64,000 nt of DNA from an uncultured virus (IMG/VR IMGVR_UViG_3300021400_003815). Lineage: Duplodnaviria > Heunggongvirae > Uroviricota > Caudoviricetes. Every line of letters begins with the position of its first letter. The stretch's first letter is position 1. Of the stretch, positions 39,598-49,200 are shown in pieces. A model generated the notes under the pieces. That model was given only the letters and a program-made list of their open reading frames with translations. It had not been told where the DNA came from and made no database searches. The stretch lies in the IMG/VR virus record IMGVR_UViG_3300021400_003815; one strand, given 5' to 3'. The position numbers and the translations under genes were made by a program.

Positions 39598-41646
39598 TTA
39601 CATATCATCAAATAGTCCAATATTAAACTCATTTGAAAGTTCCTCATCAACCTGATTATTAACTAAGTCATTAAGACTTATATCTTCATCATCAATTTCA
39701 TTTCCAACAACATCAGAATAATCAGAAAGCTTAACTTTAATATCATCTGACTCAAAATGCTCTTTCACAGCCTCATCTACAAATACATTCTCTTTGTAAT
39801 CATCATCTGCTGGACGTACACCCCAATTATCATAGATAAACTTCTTAAACTCATCTCTTATCTCAGGGTCAACAGTGGCTAATATCTTATTCTCCATTGG
39901 AGCACTTATTCTTTGGTCACAAATATATGTATGTGTATCCAAATCATAGTGTAACAATCTTCTAGTCTTAAAGGCTATTCTATCAGTTCTTCTTTCATAA
40001 TAGTCTCTAGTTATCTTAGCAAATGAATTAAATCCATCATTTGAATCATATTCATCATAAGGAACATTGCTATCCAACTGAATAATCTCACTTATAGCTG
40101 CTATAAATCTCTCACCACTAGGTGTATAATCAAGATGTATATCAAACTTAACTACATCTGTTACCTGTTTTTCAGCTGTATCCATATTACTAAATCCACC
40201 ATCATTTACTAGGCTATTTCTTAAAGTTAAGACTAAATCCTTCGGGGTATTTGCATGATGAGAAAAAATCGTGAAGATACTCGCTGTCATTCCCATTTGT
40301 ATCATTCTTGCAGCGATTGCATCAGTTGCAACCTCACCTACAATAGAAACTGCTGCATCAGATTTCTTTAAAGCATCCTGTAACTCAGCTGCTGTAACAG
40401 TTGTTGTTTCCTGTACTGATAAAATATTTCTTGTTGGATATAACTCTCTTAAATACAACTCAGGAGCCATCTCCAAAACTCGAATTGTGTATCTAGGGTC
40501 AATGTAAGCCATCATAGCTGTCATTAGTGTTGTTTTACCTGAACCCTGTCTACCTGTAACAGCTGTTGTAACCTGTCCTCTCATTAGTAACTCAATGAGT
40601 TTAACTGCTACACCACCGTTAACCGTATAGTCCTTAATAATAAGAGACTCTGTTCTAACATCCTTTAGTGTAAACTTTCTAACAAATACTGCCCAATATT
40701 CTGAAGCAGGAGGTCTTAAAGCAAGTATTCTTGATTTATCATACATGGTATTTACTAAGTAACCACGCTTTGCTGTAAGAGCTCCAGGGTTATTAAACCT
40801 TATCAGAAGTCTTATAATTCTCTTTAACTCATCCTCAGTTCCAAAATTCATAAACCTCAGATGTATGTATTTACCTTCAAAGTATATCCAACAAGAACTA
40901 TTTGCTCTATATAGCACAGCGTTCTTACTAGTAGTAGCTGAAAGAATTGAACCAGATGTACCTAAGTTAAATCCGTTTATATTCATTTCTCTCAAGGTGT
41001 CTATAATACCAAATCCCTTGTATAACTGATATACTAATATTGCAAGTACATCTTTTTCTTCATCAATACTAAGCTTTATATCCTCTGTCAAATAAGACTG
41101 TTGTAAATCTTCAATGGTTATGTAGTAAGCTTTATCTTGCTCTCTATCACTTCCAGTTGCTATTCTTTCTCTAGCGAAGTTATTTTTTCTTATCCACTGA
41201 GTCATAGCATCTTTACCATAACGCTTCTTGTATTTATACATCAGTATCTCATACATTACATGGTCACTTGGCTCTGACTCAGCATCAAGTCCTAAAATCT
41301 TTTCAACATTCTCATTAGGAACATCTTCATCTATAAAGTCTCTTATTAAATCAATAACGATACTCTTATCTGCATCTATACCATAAACGCATTTCTTTAA
41401 AGCATTTTCAATTCTAGCTTTACGCTTATACATCTTTTCAAACTCATTATCATTGTAATTCAGCGTAAAATCTTCTTTAAGAATGTCTACCATATAGTTC
41501 TTAACAGCTTCAACTACATCATTTATGCTTCTATACTCTTCATCATAAACTAATTCCTTAGTTCCTTTAGCATGAAAATACATAAATAATAGTAATACTA
41601 CTGCTACAACAGATATCGTAATTGTCAGTATACTATTTATACTCAT
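39598..41646 (-). CDS. tadA: TadA/CpaF (VirB11-like) secretion ATPase with N-terminal TM helix
   Basis: Walker A GRQGSGKTT, LEMAPEL Asp box, SIVGEVA Walker B, FSHHAN His box. Confidence 0.85.
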   Translation of the reverse strand: MSINSILTITISVVAVVLLLFMYFHAKGTKELVYDEEYRSINDVVEAVKNYMVDILKEDFTLNYNDNEFEKMYKRKARIENALKKCVYGIDADKSIVIDLIRDFIDEDVPNENVEKILGLDAESEPSDHVMYEILMYKYKKRYGKDAMTQWIRKNNFARERIATGSDREQDKAYYITIEDLQQSYLTEDIKLSIDEEKDVLAILVYQLYKGFGIIDTLREMNINGFNLGTSGSILSATTSKNAVLYRANSSCWIYFEGKYIHLRFMNFGTEDELKRIIRLLIRFNNPGALTAKRGYLVNTMYDKSRILALRPPASEYWAVFVRKFTLKDVRTESLIIKDYTVNGGVAVKLIELLMRGQVTTAVTGRQGSGKTTLMTAMMAYIDPRYTIRVLEMAPELYLRELYPTRNILSVQETTTVTAAELQDALKKSDAAVSIVGEVATDAIAARMIQMGMTASIFTIFSHHANTPKDLVLTLRNSLVNDGGFSNMDTAEKQVTDVVKFDIHLDYTPSGERFIAAISEIIQLDSNVPYDEYDSNDGFNSFAKITRDYYERRTDRIAFKTRRLLHYDLDTHTYICDQRISAPMENKILATVDPEIRDEFKKFIYDNWGVRPADDDYKENVFVDEAVKEHFESDDIKVKLSDYSDVVGNEIDDEDISLNDLVNNQVDEELSNEFNIGLFDDM

Positions 41647-41667
41647 CCCTTAATTTCTCCATTGCTT

Positions 41668-42501
41668 TTACTTTTTATTCTTTTCCATAATTTCTATCTG
41701 CTTTTTATTGGACTCTGTACGCTTCATTACTTTAACCTTGAGTATCGCATTTGATATATTTGTTATATCACTTGCTACATCAATAACTCTCATGTCCTCA
41801 TTAGTTATAGCATCAAACACACCCTTTAGTGTTCCATGATTTGTTCCATACTGTATATAAGGATTATATCTAAGAGTTGTCCATCTATTAGGTGATTTAA
41901 CTCCCATATATGAACTTATATCTTTTAATGTCTCAACAACACCTGAATACTTATTCACACACATGATACAAGGTTTCTTACCAATGTATTTAATTATATC
42001 TTTACTTCTATCCTTAAACTTCTCAAGCTCTAATCTGTTAGGTTCAATAACCATAACAATTATATCAGCTCTTTTAAGTATTATCTGCTCAACCTCATTG
42101 TCTATATCCTTATAACTAGAGTCAAAATCATATACAACATAGTCATAAGGGAAATACTCTGTTATATACTCAGCTAAGAACTTTGTCTCATCACTACTGA
42201 ACTCTGCATCACCAGATGAGAATATACTAAATTTATCTGAAACTTCTCTACAGTAATCATTTATTTCCTCAGGCTTAACTGCTGACTCTCTAAGCATCTT
42301 TACTAATCTATGAGGATTACTTGTCTTATCACTTGTATTATTTAAACCAAAATAGCTATATAATGCTTTTGATAAGAATAATGAATTTGTTAAACAAGTT
42401 GACCTATTCTTAGCTGCAAGCTTCATTGCTATTAATGAAGCAACTGTAGTATTACCTGCTCTCCTTGTATGAGGAGACATAACCACTATGTTCATTCCCA
42501 T
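41668..42501 (-). CDS. CpaE/TadZ-like (MinD/ParA-family) protein
   Basis: Deviant Walker A SPHTRRAGNTT; YDYVVYD; ADIIVMV; CVNKY; start at 42501 by RBS. Confidence 0.7.
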   Translation of the reverse strand: MGMNIVVMSPHTRRAGNTTVASLIAMKLAAKNRSTCLTNSLFLSKALYSYFGLNNTSDKTSNPHRLVKMLRESAVKPEEINDYCREVSDKFSIFSSGDAEFSSDETKFLAEYITEYFPYDYVVYDFDSSYKDIDNEVEQIILKRADIIVMVIEPNRLELEKFKDRSKDIIKYIGKKPCIMCVNKYSGVVETLKDISSYMGVKSPNRWTTLRYNPYIQYGTNHGTLKGVFDAITNEDMRVIDVASDITNISNAILKVKVMKRTESNKKQIEIMEKNKK

Positions 42502-42523
42502 TTTTTCTACTTCCTTTTCTATC

Positions 42524-43189
42524 TTACTTTTTAAATAGTCCACCCAACATTGACTTCTTAGCCTCAGCCTTTAAATATTGGTCATGACTAAGTAAATCTG
42601 TAAACTTTGTAGCACTTACTTCTCCTATTGCTGAACCTATATAACCAAGTATGCCACCTAACTCTTTACTACTGAAAGGAATTATCTCTTTATATTCATC
42701 AACTTTCCATAACCAGATTAACTCATTACTTCCAATGTGAAATCTTTTAGTATCTTTCTTATCCTTTACAGTATTTGATGTTATTGATATGTCTACTATC
42801 TTAGCTTTCTGATCCTCTAATAAACTGTCTTTAATTTCATTAATTCTTTTATTAAGAGCATCCCCTAAGAATGACCTATCATCACCATGTACTACTACAA
42901 TCTTATCAGCTTTGTAATTTATATAAGTGTTACTTGCATATATTACAAACTTTGGTCTTTCTTTTGAGAACTCTATGAAATCACCATACTCATCATCTCC
43001 TGTAAGTTTCTCTTTATAACTAATTATGATTCCATGACAGTTACCAATGCTACTTCCAGTTTCAAGAAGTCTTGTAAACTCATTATTATCTGTAACAATA
43101 GCTGTTTTACCAAGCAACTGACATGCTCTTGCTATTGGTAAAGCTATTATTCTTTTATCAACATTTCCAACTATTGATAATATCTTCAT
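42524..43189 (-). CDS. Hypothetical protein of the Tad-like locus (possibly degenerate P-loop fold)
   Basis: 221 aa, AAGGAG RBS, between cpaB-like and cpaE-like genes. Confidence 0.6.
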   Translation of the reverse strand: MKILSIVGNVDKRIIALPIARACQLLGKTAIVTDNNEFTRLLETGSSIGNCHGIIISYKEKLTGDDEYGDFIEFSKERPKFVIYASNTYINYKADKIVVVHGDDRSFLGDALNKRINEIKDSLLEDQKAKIVDISITSNTVKDKKDTKRFHIGSNELIWLWKVDEYKEIIPFSSKELGGILGYIGSAIGEVSATKFTDLLSHDQYLKAEAKKSMLGGLFKK

Positions 43190-43213
43190 TATATGTCTAT
43201 CTCCTTAAATACT

Positions 43214-43301
43214 TGTGGATAACTCAAGTCTCAAGTAAGTCTCAAGTCTGTCTCAAGTCTTAAACTCTCTGCACTCTCAATCTGCCCTCAAGTTATCCGC
43301 A
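43214..43301. repeat. CTCAAGT direct-repeat array bracketed by inverted DnaA-box-like 9-mers
   Basis: CTCAAGT at 43223, 43230, 43241, 43252, 43287 (CTCAATC at 43276); TGTGGATAA at 43214 and TTATCCGCA at 43293. Confidence 0.8.
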
Positions 43302-43317
43302 TCTCCCTCATCCTACT

Positions 43318-44301
43318 TTAATTACTTGCCTCTTCTGCCTGTGCTTGCTCAGCAGCTGCTCTAGCTGCTATCTCAGCTTCTTCCTCAGCTCTCTTCTGCT
43401 TAATTCTCTGTTCCTCAAGCTCTCTTTCAATTACTCTGTCATACTCAAGTTTAGCACTTGTATATGTATTTTCCATCTGAGACTTAGCTGAAGCAACCTC
43501 ATTTATAAGGTCATTAATGTTTTCATCACTAGAATTTAGCTGTCTTTCAAGCAAATCTCTGTCAGCTGTACTTAAACTACTGAAATCCATTGTTACGTTA
43601 GGGTCCTGAACCAATGTTGTCATAGTCTGTAATCTAACAGGATAATAATCAGCACCTGCTAACTGTGCTCCACCCTCAATGTACTTTACAGCTGATATAA
43701 CAGTTCCCTTATAAATAGCTCTGTCTACCTTCATACTCTCATAAACATAAATGTCTTTAGGGTCAACTATTAATTTCAGTACATTACCATTAATAGCAGC
43801 TACTCTCTTATGAGTTATACCTGTAAATATCTGACCAAGTGTAAATGAAATATTTACATCAACATAATCACCAACCTCAAGTCCTATAGGTGAAACATCA
43901 ACGACTATATCTAACTCTCTCATGTTATCATCAACACTGAAGTCCATCATCTGATTATATGAAAGAACTTGACCTTGCTTAATATCATACAAATAGTACA
44001 TTCCATTATAATCATCTTCAACATGAGGACAGTTAGTTGTCATTGCTACTGGCATTTGAACTTCTCTTAACTGTTCAGGTGAAATCTTTGTTCCACCATG
44101 TACATCCTCAACCAGCTCATAAACTGTAGTCAGCTCTCCAGTATAATTTATCTGAGTCTGTAAATCATTTATCTGTGTCTGAGCATCTGCTATCTGAGTT
44201 TCATACTCATTCATCTGAACATCAACCTTATGTTTGTAAAACAAACCTCCACCTACAAGTGCTAGCACTACAACACCACCTGCTATGTATTTAACTTCCA
44301 T
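43318..44301 (-). CDS. CpaB/RcpC-like SAF-domain protein
   Basis: TM helix plus coiled coil; VYELVEDVHGGTKIS...DIKQGQVL (SAF); MRELDI...GLEVGDYVDVNI. Confidence 0.75.
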   Translation of the reverse strand: MEVKYIAGGVVVLALVGGGLFYKHKVDVQMNEYETQIADAQTQINDLQTQINYTGELTTVYELVEDVHGGTKISPEQLREVQMPVAMTTNCPHVEDDYNGMYYLYDIKQGQVLSYNQMMDFSVDDNMRELDIVVDVSPIGLEVGDYVDVNISFTLGQIFTGITHKRVAAINGNVLKLIVDPKDIYVYESMKVDRAIYKGTVISAVKYIEGGAQLAGADYYPVRLQTMTTLVQDPNVTMDFSSLSTADRDLLERQLNSSDENINDLINEVASAKSQMENTYTSAKLEYDRVIERELEEQRIKQKRAEEEAEIAARAAAEQAQAEEASN

Positions 44302-44317
44302 CTTTCCTCCAACCTTT

Positions 44318-44971
44318 TTATAATATGTATTCTATAATATCTCTTAATGTATCTATGTTATCTAACCTTCTTGTCATAGTTACCTCAGAGTTATTAACTA
44401 TTCTTAAATAGCTTCCATCAGCATCTTGTAAGTAACAATCAATAAACTTATCAGTTTCTATTAGTCTTACAAGTCTACTTCCACTATTCAAATTCTTACT
44501 TATATATTTATAAGTGCCTTCCCTATCTAATTCATATGTATTAGCTGAAATCAAGTAGTCACTCAATTTAAACTCATTAAAATCCAACTTCTCAATCTCA
44601 TTTACATCTTTATCATTGGCAAGCTCATTCTTGAAATTACATATTTTAGAAGACTGTATTTCTTTACCATTTTTATGTACTGAATATAATACATCAGTAC
44701 TAAAATTATACCTTATAACCTCATATTCATCATACTTGTCTTTATCATTTAATTCATATGCCTTTACAACTGTCATATGAGCTGTCTCTACTTCATTGTT
44801 CTCATTCTTTACTACTGTATTACTACTATTTCCTTTAGTATTAAACACTATTATAAACAATATCACTATTAAACCCACAATAGGTAATATCAGCTTATAA
44901 TGCTCTTTAATAAAATACTCTAAGTTTTCAATTAGCTCCTTCACTTTCTCCATTTGCCTCACCTTGCTCAT
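44318..44971 (-). CDS. Membrane-anchored hypothetical protein
   Basis: Single TM helix LILPIVGLIVILFIIVF. Confidence 0.65.
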   Translation of the reverse strand: MSKVRQMEKVKELIENLEYFIKEHYKLILPIVGLIVILFIIVFNTKGNSSNTVVKNENNEVETAHMTVVKAYELNDKDKYDEYEVIRYNFSTDVLYSVHKNGKEIQSSKICNFKNELANDKDVNEIEKLDFNEFKLSDYLISANTYELDREGTYKYISKNLNSGSRLVRLIETDKFIDCYLQDADGSYLRIVNNSEVTMTRRLDNIDTLRDIIEYIL

Positions 44972-46157
44972 CAGTCTCAGCCTTAGTTTCTAAAGATTTT
45001 TCATATTTCTCTGCCTCTATACTCTCCTGTATGCGTATCTCTTTAGGTACTAAGTCTAAATATCTACTTACTTGTGCATCTTCAGATGATTCATTCAGCT
45101 CCTTTATGTACTCACTCTTATTATAATCTGATAACTTATTATTATCTACTGTAGAATCATCTTCGCTATCAATGACTATATCATTATAATTTATATCATC
45201 AAAAATAATTCTTTCAGTACTTGTCATTACATTAGGATAATCAGCCATAAACCAATCATATAACTTCTGCCCTTCTTCTTGATAAAGAGTTAAAGGATTT
45301 ACATACTCAGTATCTAACAAAACATCAAAATAAACTTTATCTTTTTTATGAACTATTCCTATGCTATCATACTGATTTACACTATCACCTATGTTCACTA
45401 AAGGCTCATCTATATACCAATAGGTAACTTTCAAATAGTTTCCACTGTTTATTTCAATGACATATTGTCCATTGCTATCTGTATATATGTTATTTACTAT
45501 GCCTTTTAATACACTTATAATTGTATTATCTTTACCCTTATTGAGATTGAGATATAATCCATAGTTGTACTTATTCTCTCCATTATCATTGTAATAACCA
45601 AAAGGAAGTCTTATATCCATCTCCTTTTGACCTTCCACTATTGACTTAGTGTATTGACCTAAATCACCATAGTCATCTACATCATATGATGAACCTTTTA
45701 TATAATCTATATATGCTTTACTGTCTACAAATTTATTCTCTATTGTATCTACATCCTTTATATTTTCATACTTTTTTAATTTTAACTTGTAATCGCTCTC
45801 CAGCTCATCAAATTGGTCATAAATGTTAAATAGATTTTGTACACTGGCATTCTCAGTAAATGCCTTGTCAAGCTCTTTTACTTTATTATCATAAATTTCC
45901 TTACTTTGCTCATACTCATCTTTATACAGCTCTTTAAGATTCATACTCAAAGTATAATTAGCATATCTATTCTGATCTTCAACATCTTGGAAGTCTTTTT
46001 CTATCTTCTCTGCTTCCATCAAAAACTTACTGTTATCAGACCTCAATCTACCATACATCTGTCTTATATCATTCAAGTTTGCCCCGTACGATATATTAGA
46101 TATATTTAAGCTTATAAATACACTTAACAAGACACACAAATTTTTATATAATCTCAT
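44928..46157 (-). CDS. Secreted coiled-coil + M23 peptidase-like protein, Zn ligands absent
   Basis: Signal peptide; PFGY...YNYGLYL...ISVLKGIV...GQYVIEI...TYWYI...VNIGDSVNQYDSIG...VYFDV...YVNPL. Confidence 0.7.
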   Translation of the reverse strand: MRLYKNLCVLLSVFISLNISNISYGANLNDIRQMYGRLRSDNSKFLMEAEKIEKDFQDVEDQNRYANYTLSMNLKELYKDEYEQSKEIYDNKVKELDKAFTENASVQNLFNIYDQFDELESDYKLKLKKYENIKDVDTIENKFVDSKAYIDYIKGSSYDVDDYGDLGQYTKSIVEGQKEMDIRLPFGYYNDNGENKYNYGLYLNLNKGKDNTIISVLKGIVNNIYTDSNGQYVIEINSGNYLKVTYWYIDEPLVNIGDSVNQYDSIGIVHKKDKVYFDVLLDTEYVNPLTLYQEEGQKLYDWFMADYPNVMTSTERIIFDDINYNDIVIDSEDDSTVDNNKLSDYNKSEYIKELNESSEDAQVSRYLDLVPKEIRIQESIEAEKYEKSLETKAETDEQGEANGESEGAN

Positions 46158-46231
46158 AATAAAACCTCTTCGTTTTTATATCATATATAACTTCAAATAT
46201 AAGCATATTTAACACTACATTAAAATAAACT

Positions 46232-46262
46232 AAAAGGACTCATCATTTCTGATGAGTCCTTT
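46232..46262 (-). terminator. Terminator after the giant gene
   Basis: AAAGGACTCATCA/TGATGAGTCCTTT. Confidence 0.85.
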
Positions 46263-46279
46263 CATATCTCCTATTAAAT

Positions 46280-49200
46280 TTAGTGAGAACCTCTAATTGT
46301 TACGTCCAAATCAGATGAACCTTCAGCATCATAAACAGCCATTATAGTCCCCTTAATTTCCTGTCCGTTATAATTAGTTCCAAATGTGTATGTCTTATTT
46401 CCTATCTTAGCCTTACCATTGAGATTCTTCTGGTCATACTTGAGTGTATATGTATCACCGTAAGCATATATCTCAGCTGTCATTATAATAGCATATCTCT
46501 TATCTTGTAGCTCTTCAAATTTCAGCTTATGCTCTCCACCATCCTTTATTATAGGATTTCCACTCTCATCAACAAGTTCCTCAGTAGGAAGATGTCTTAT
46601 ACCATCCTTATTATACTTAATAAATACAGCCGTTGAAGGTAATCCTAGTTTCAGATGCCATCTCTGAGCATTTGTCCAGAATCTATCTCTATATATAATG
46701 TTATCTAAGTTTGTATAGTGTGTTCCACCACCTACACTTATAGGACTAAATACTCCAGTATTAGAATCATCTACTGCTGTAGCATTAAAGTTTTCTCCTC
46801 TTGTATATGTTGAACCTATAAAGGTTCTAGCATATTGGTCAGCATTTATCAACTGAATTGTTCCAAGAGCATGTCCTGTTCCTACTATAGTATCAGGACT
46901 ATTTAACTTATGCCTTGTACCACCATCATCAATAATATAATTGTAATGGTCAGTAATATAGTTGGTTATCAACTTTTCTTGAGTAGTATAATTTCTTCTC
47001 TCTTTTTCTTCAGCCCAATCAAGACTTAAAACATACTTATGTTCCTCATTAATTAACTTCTGCTTCTTAGCTTTTTCACTTGAAGAATCAGTAGTCTTAG
47101 GAAGTACATCATAATAATTTATTGGAACATACTCATCCTCTTCTTTCATATAAACATCTATTGGATACAACTTATTAGTCTTAGTATCTAATGCATAGAA
47201 GTAAGGAATTACTTGAAGATTATCACTATATGAACCTAATGTACTTATCTCATACAAGATGTTGTAACCAGGCTTAAACATATCTGCCAGCAACTGAGTT
47301 ACATTATTCTTATCTGATGTAAGAGGTAATGGAACATCCTTTGAGCCTATGATACTTCCATGACTGGCTGCCCAGTCCTTATCTTCAGCCCAATTCTCTG
47401 TCATCCATGTGTTATACATACCTCGTTCAGGAGTAACCTGAACTCCTCTTATGTCTAACCATCTACCATCAGAATTGTTATGCCATGATAAGTAATTATT
47501 CTGAATGCCACTATTTACACCCTTAACTACTCCATCTATCAACCATGTGCCTTCAACAGGAAGTTTAAACAGATTAGCAAATCTTATATCATCCGTATCA
47601 GTTATAAGTAAGTTTCCTATCCTACCTACAATGTCTGTAAAACCATGTTTACTAGCACTATGTTTAGCTGAAAGAGCATTATTTCTAGCTGAGTTACTTA
47701 ATGTACTTACATTGTCTATATTTCTTTCTTCTGTTCTATTAACCACCTTTCTATTGTATACAGCGCTCTTACCACCAGCCGAGTGTTCAGCATTGACAGC
47801 TTCTATTTCAAAGTCATATCTTGCTCCTGCTATATCTACATTACTCATTGTAACATAGAAATCATATACTTCAAGAGCATGCTGTTTAAACCACTCTGGA
47901 CTTGAGAACTCTGAATAATCAGTATCAAATTTAGATGAATCCTTCAATATAGGAAGAGGTATCCAAGTATTTGCTTTGTACTCTTCCCACTTACCAGTTG
48001 TAGGATTATAGAACAATACATCATAACCAAACTTTATACGCTTTTCTCTTAGCCACTTGGTTGTATCCATATTATTCTTATAACTCATACCCTTAACTTG
48101 AGTTACAGCTCCAATACCTCTTAAATCAGGGTCATCTTCAAAATCACCTGTATTAGGGAAATAAACTTGGAATCCATAATCAATATTAAGGAACTTACCT
48201 GCCTTCTTAGTTACTCCATCAACTACAATGTCCTTATCATGATGAGCATGAGGATTGTTAGGGTCATTAGGATCTGTGTAACCACAAGGCTCCCAACAAA
48301 TTGGATTAGAACCAGGATAATGCTCAGCAGGATTCTTATGATGAGGGTCACTACATGTTAAATGCTTTTCAACCTTACATCTTGAGTCACATACATGAGT
48401 ATTATATGTACCATCACATATAAATACTGGATTCTTTGCTCCATTTACAGTTGAAGGTAGTTTATTTACGTTCTTAGCTACTATATTAACTATAGCATTA
48501 TAAATCTTCTGAAGGTCAGCTTCTGATACATAAGTTATTATAACTTTACCATTTCCACTGTTTACTCCTGAATACTGAGCTGCAAGTGTTACTCCACTAC
48601 CTGTATAGTTAGAACCACCACCGGCTCCACCATTGTTATTATTGGTTGACTTACCACCATACCATCCGGCTCCGCCACCACCAGTGTCTGTGTTCTTAGT
48701 AGTAGACTCACCAGCACCTTGTCTATATGATGCATACAAACCACTTTGTCTAGCTCCATTTACTAAAGGATTACCAATGTTTCCATCAGAACCTCCAGCT
48801 CCGCCAGAACCATCATCATTTCCACCTTGAACTGTACCACTATAGTCTGTATTGTCGGCACCACCACCGCCTCCAGCAATTATAAGTGCCTTGCCAGGAG
48901 TAAATGTACCTGTAGTTGTATTCTCTAATACTTCTACATTTCCACCATTTATTGTGAATCCAGCTCCACAGGTACCAGTAAAGTTACTACAATCACTATG
49001 TACATATAATTCATATGTATGCCCAGCATTAAAATGTACATTTGTCATAGTTGCATCTACAGGGTCATAGCTTCCTGTATGAACATTTCCTGTATCAGCT
49101 ATTGTTGAACCATTGCTTGTATCAACAAGATAGAAGTTAGACATGTGTCCATTTGTACTATGAAATGTTAATGAAGGATAAGTAGCTTCAAGTTCTGAAT

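Noticed and set aside
37705..39598. Group I intron or intein around the endonuclease
   Set aside because: Flanking genes are complete with their own start and stop codons, and the gaps of about 11 and 87 bp are too short for an intron core
46232..46262. CTGATGAGTCC resembling a hammerhead ribozyme core
   Set aside because: No downstream stem II closure or GAAA; it is one arm of a perfect terminator hairpin
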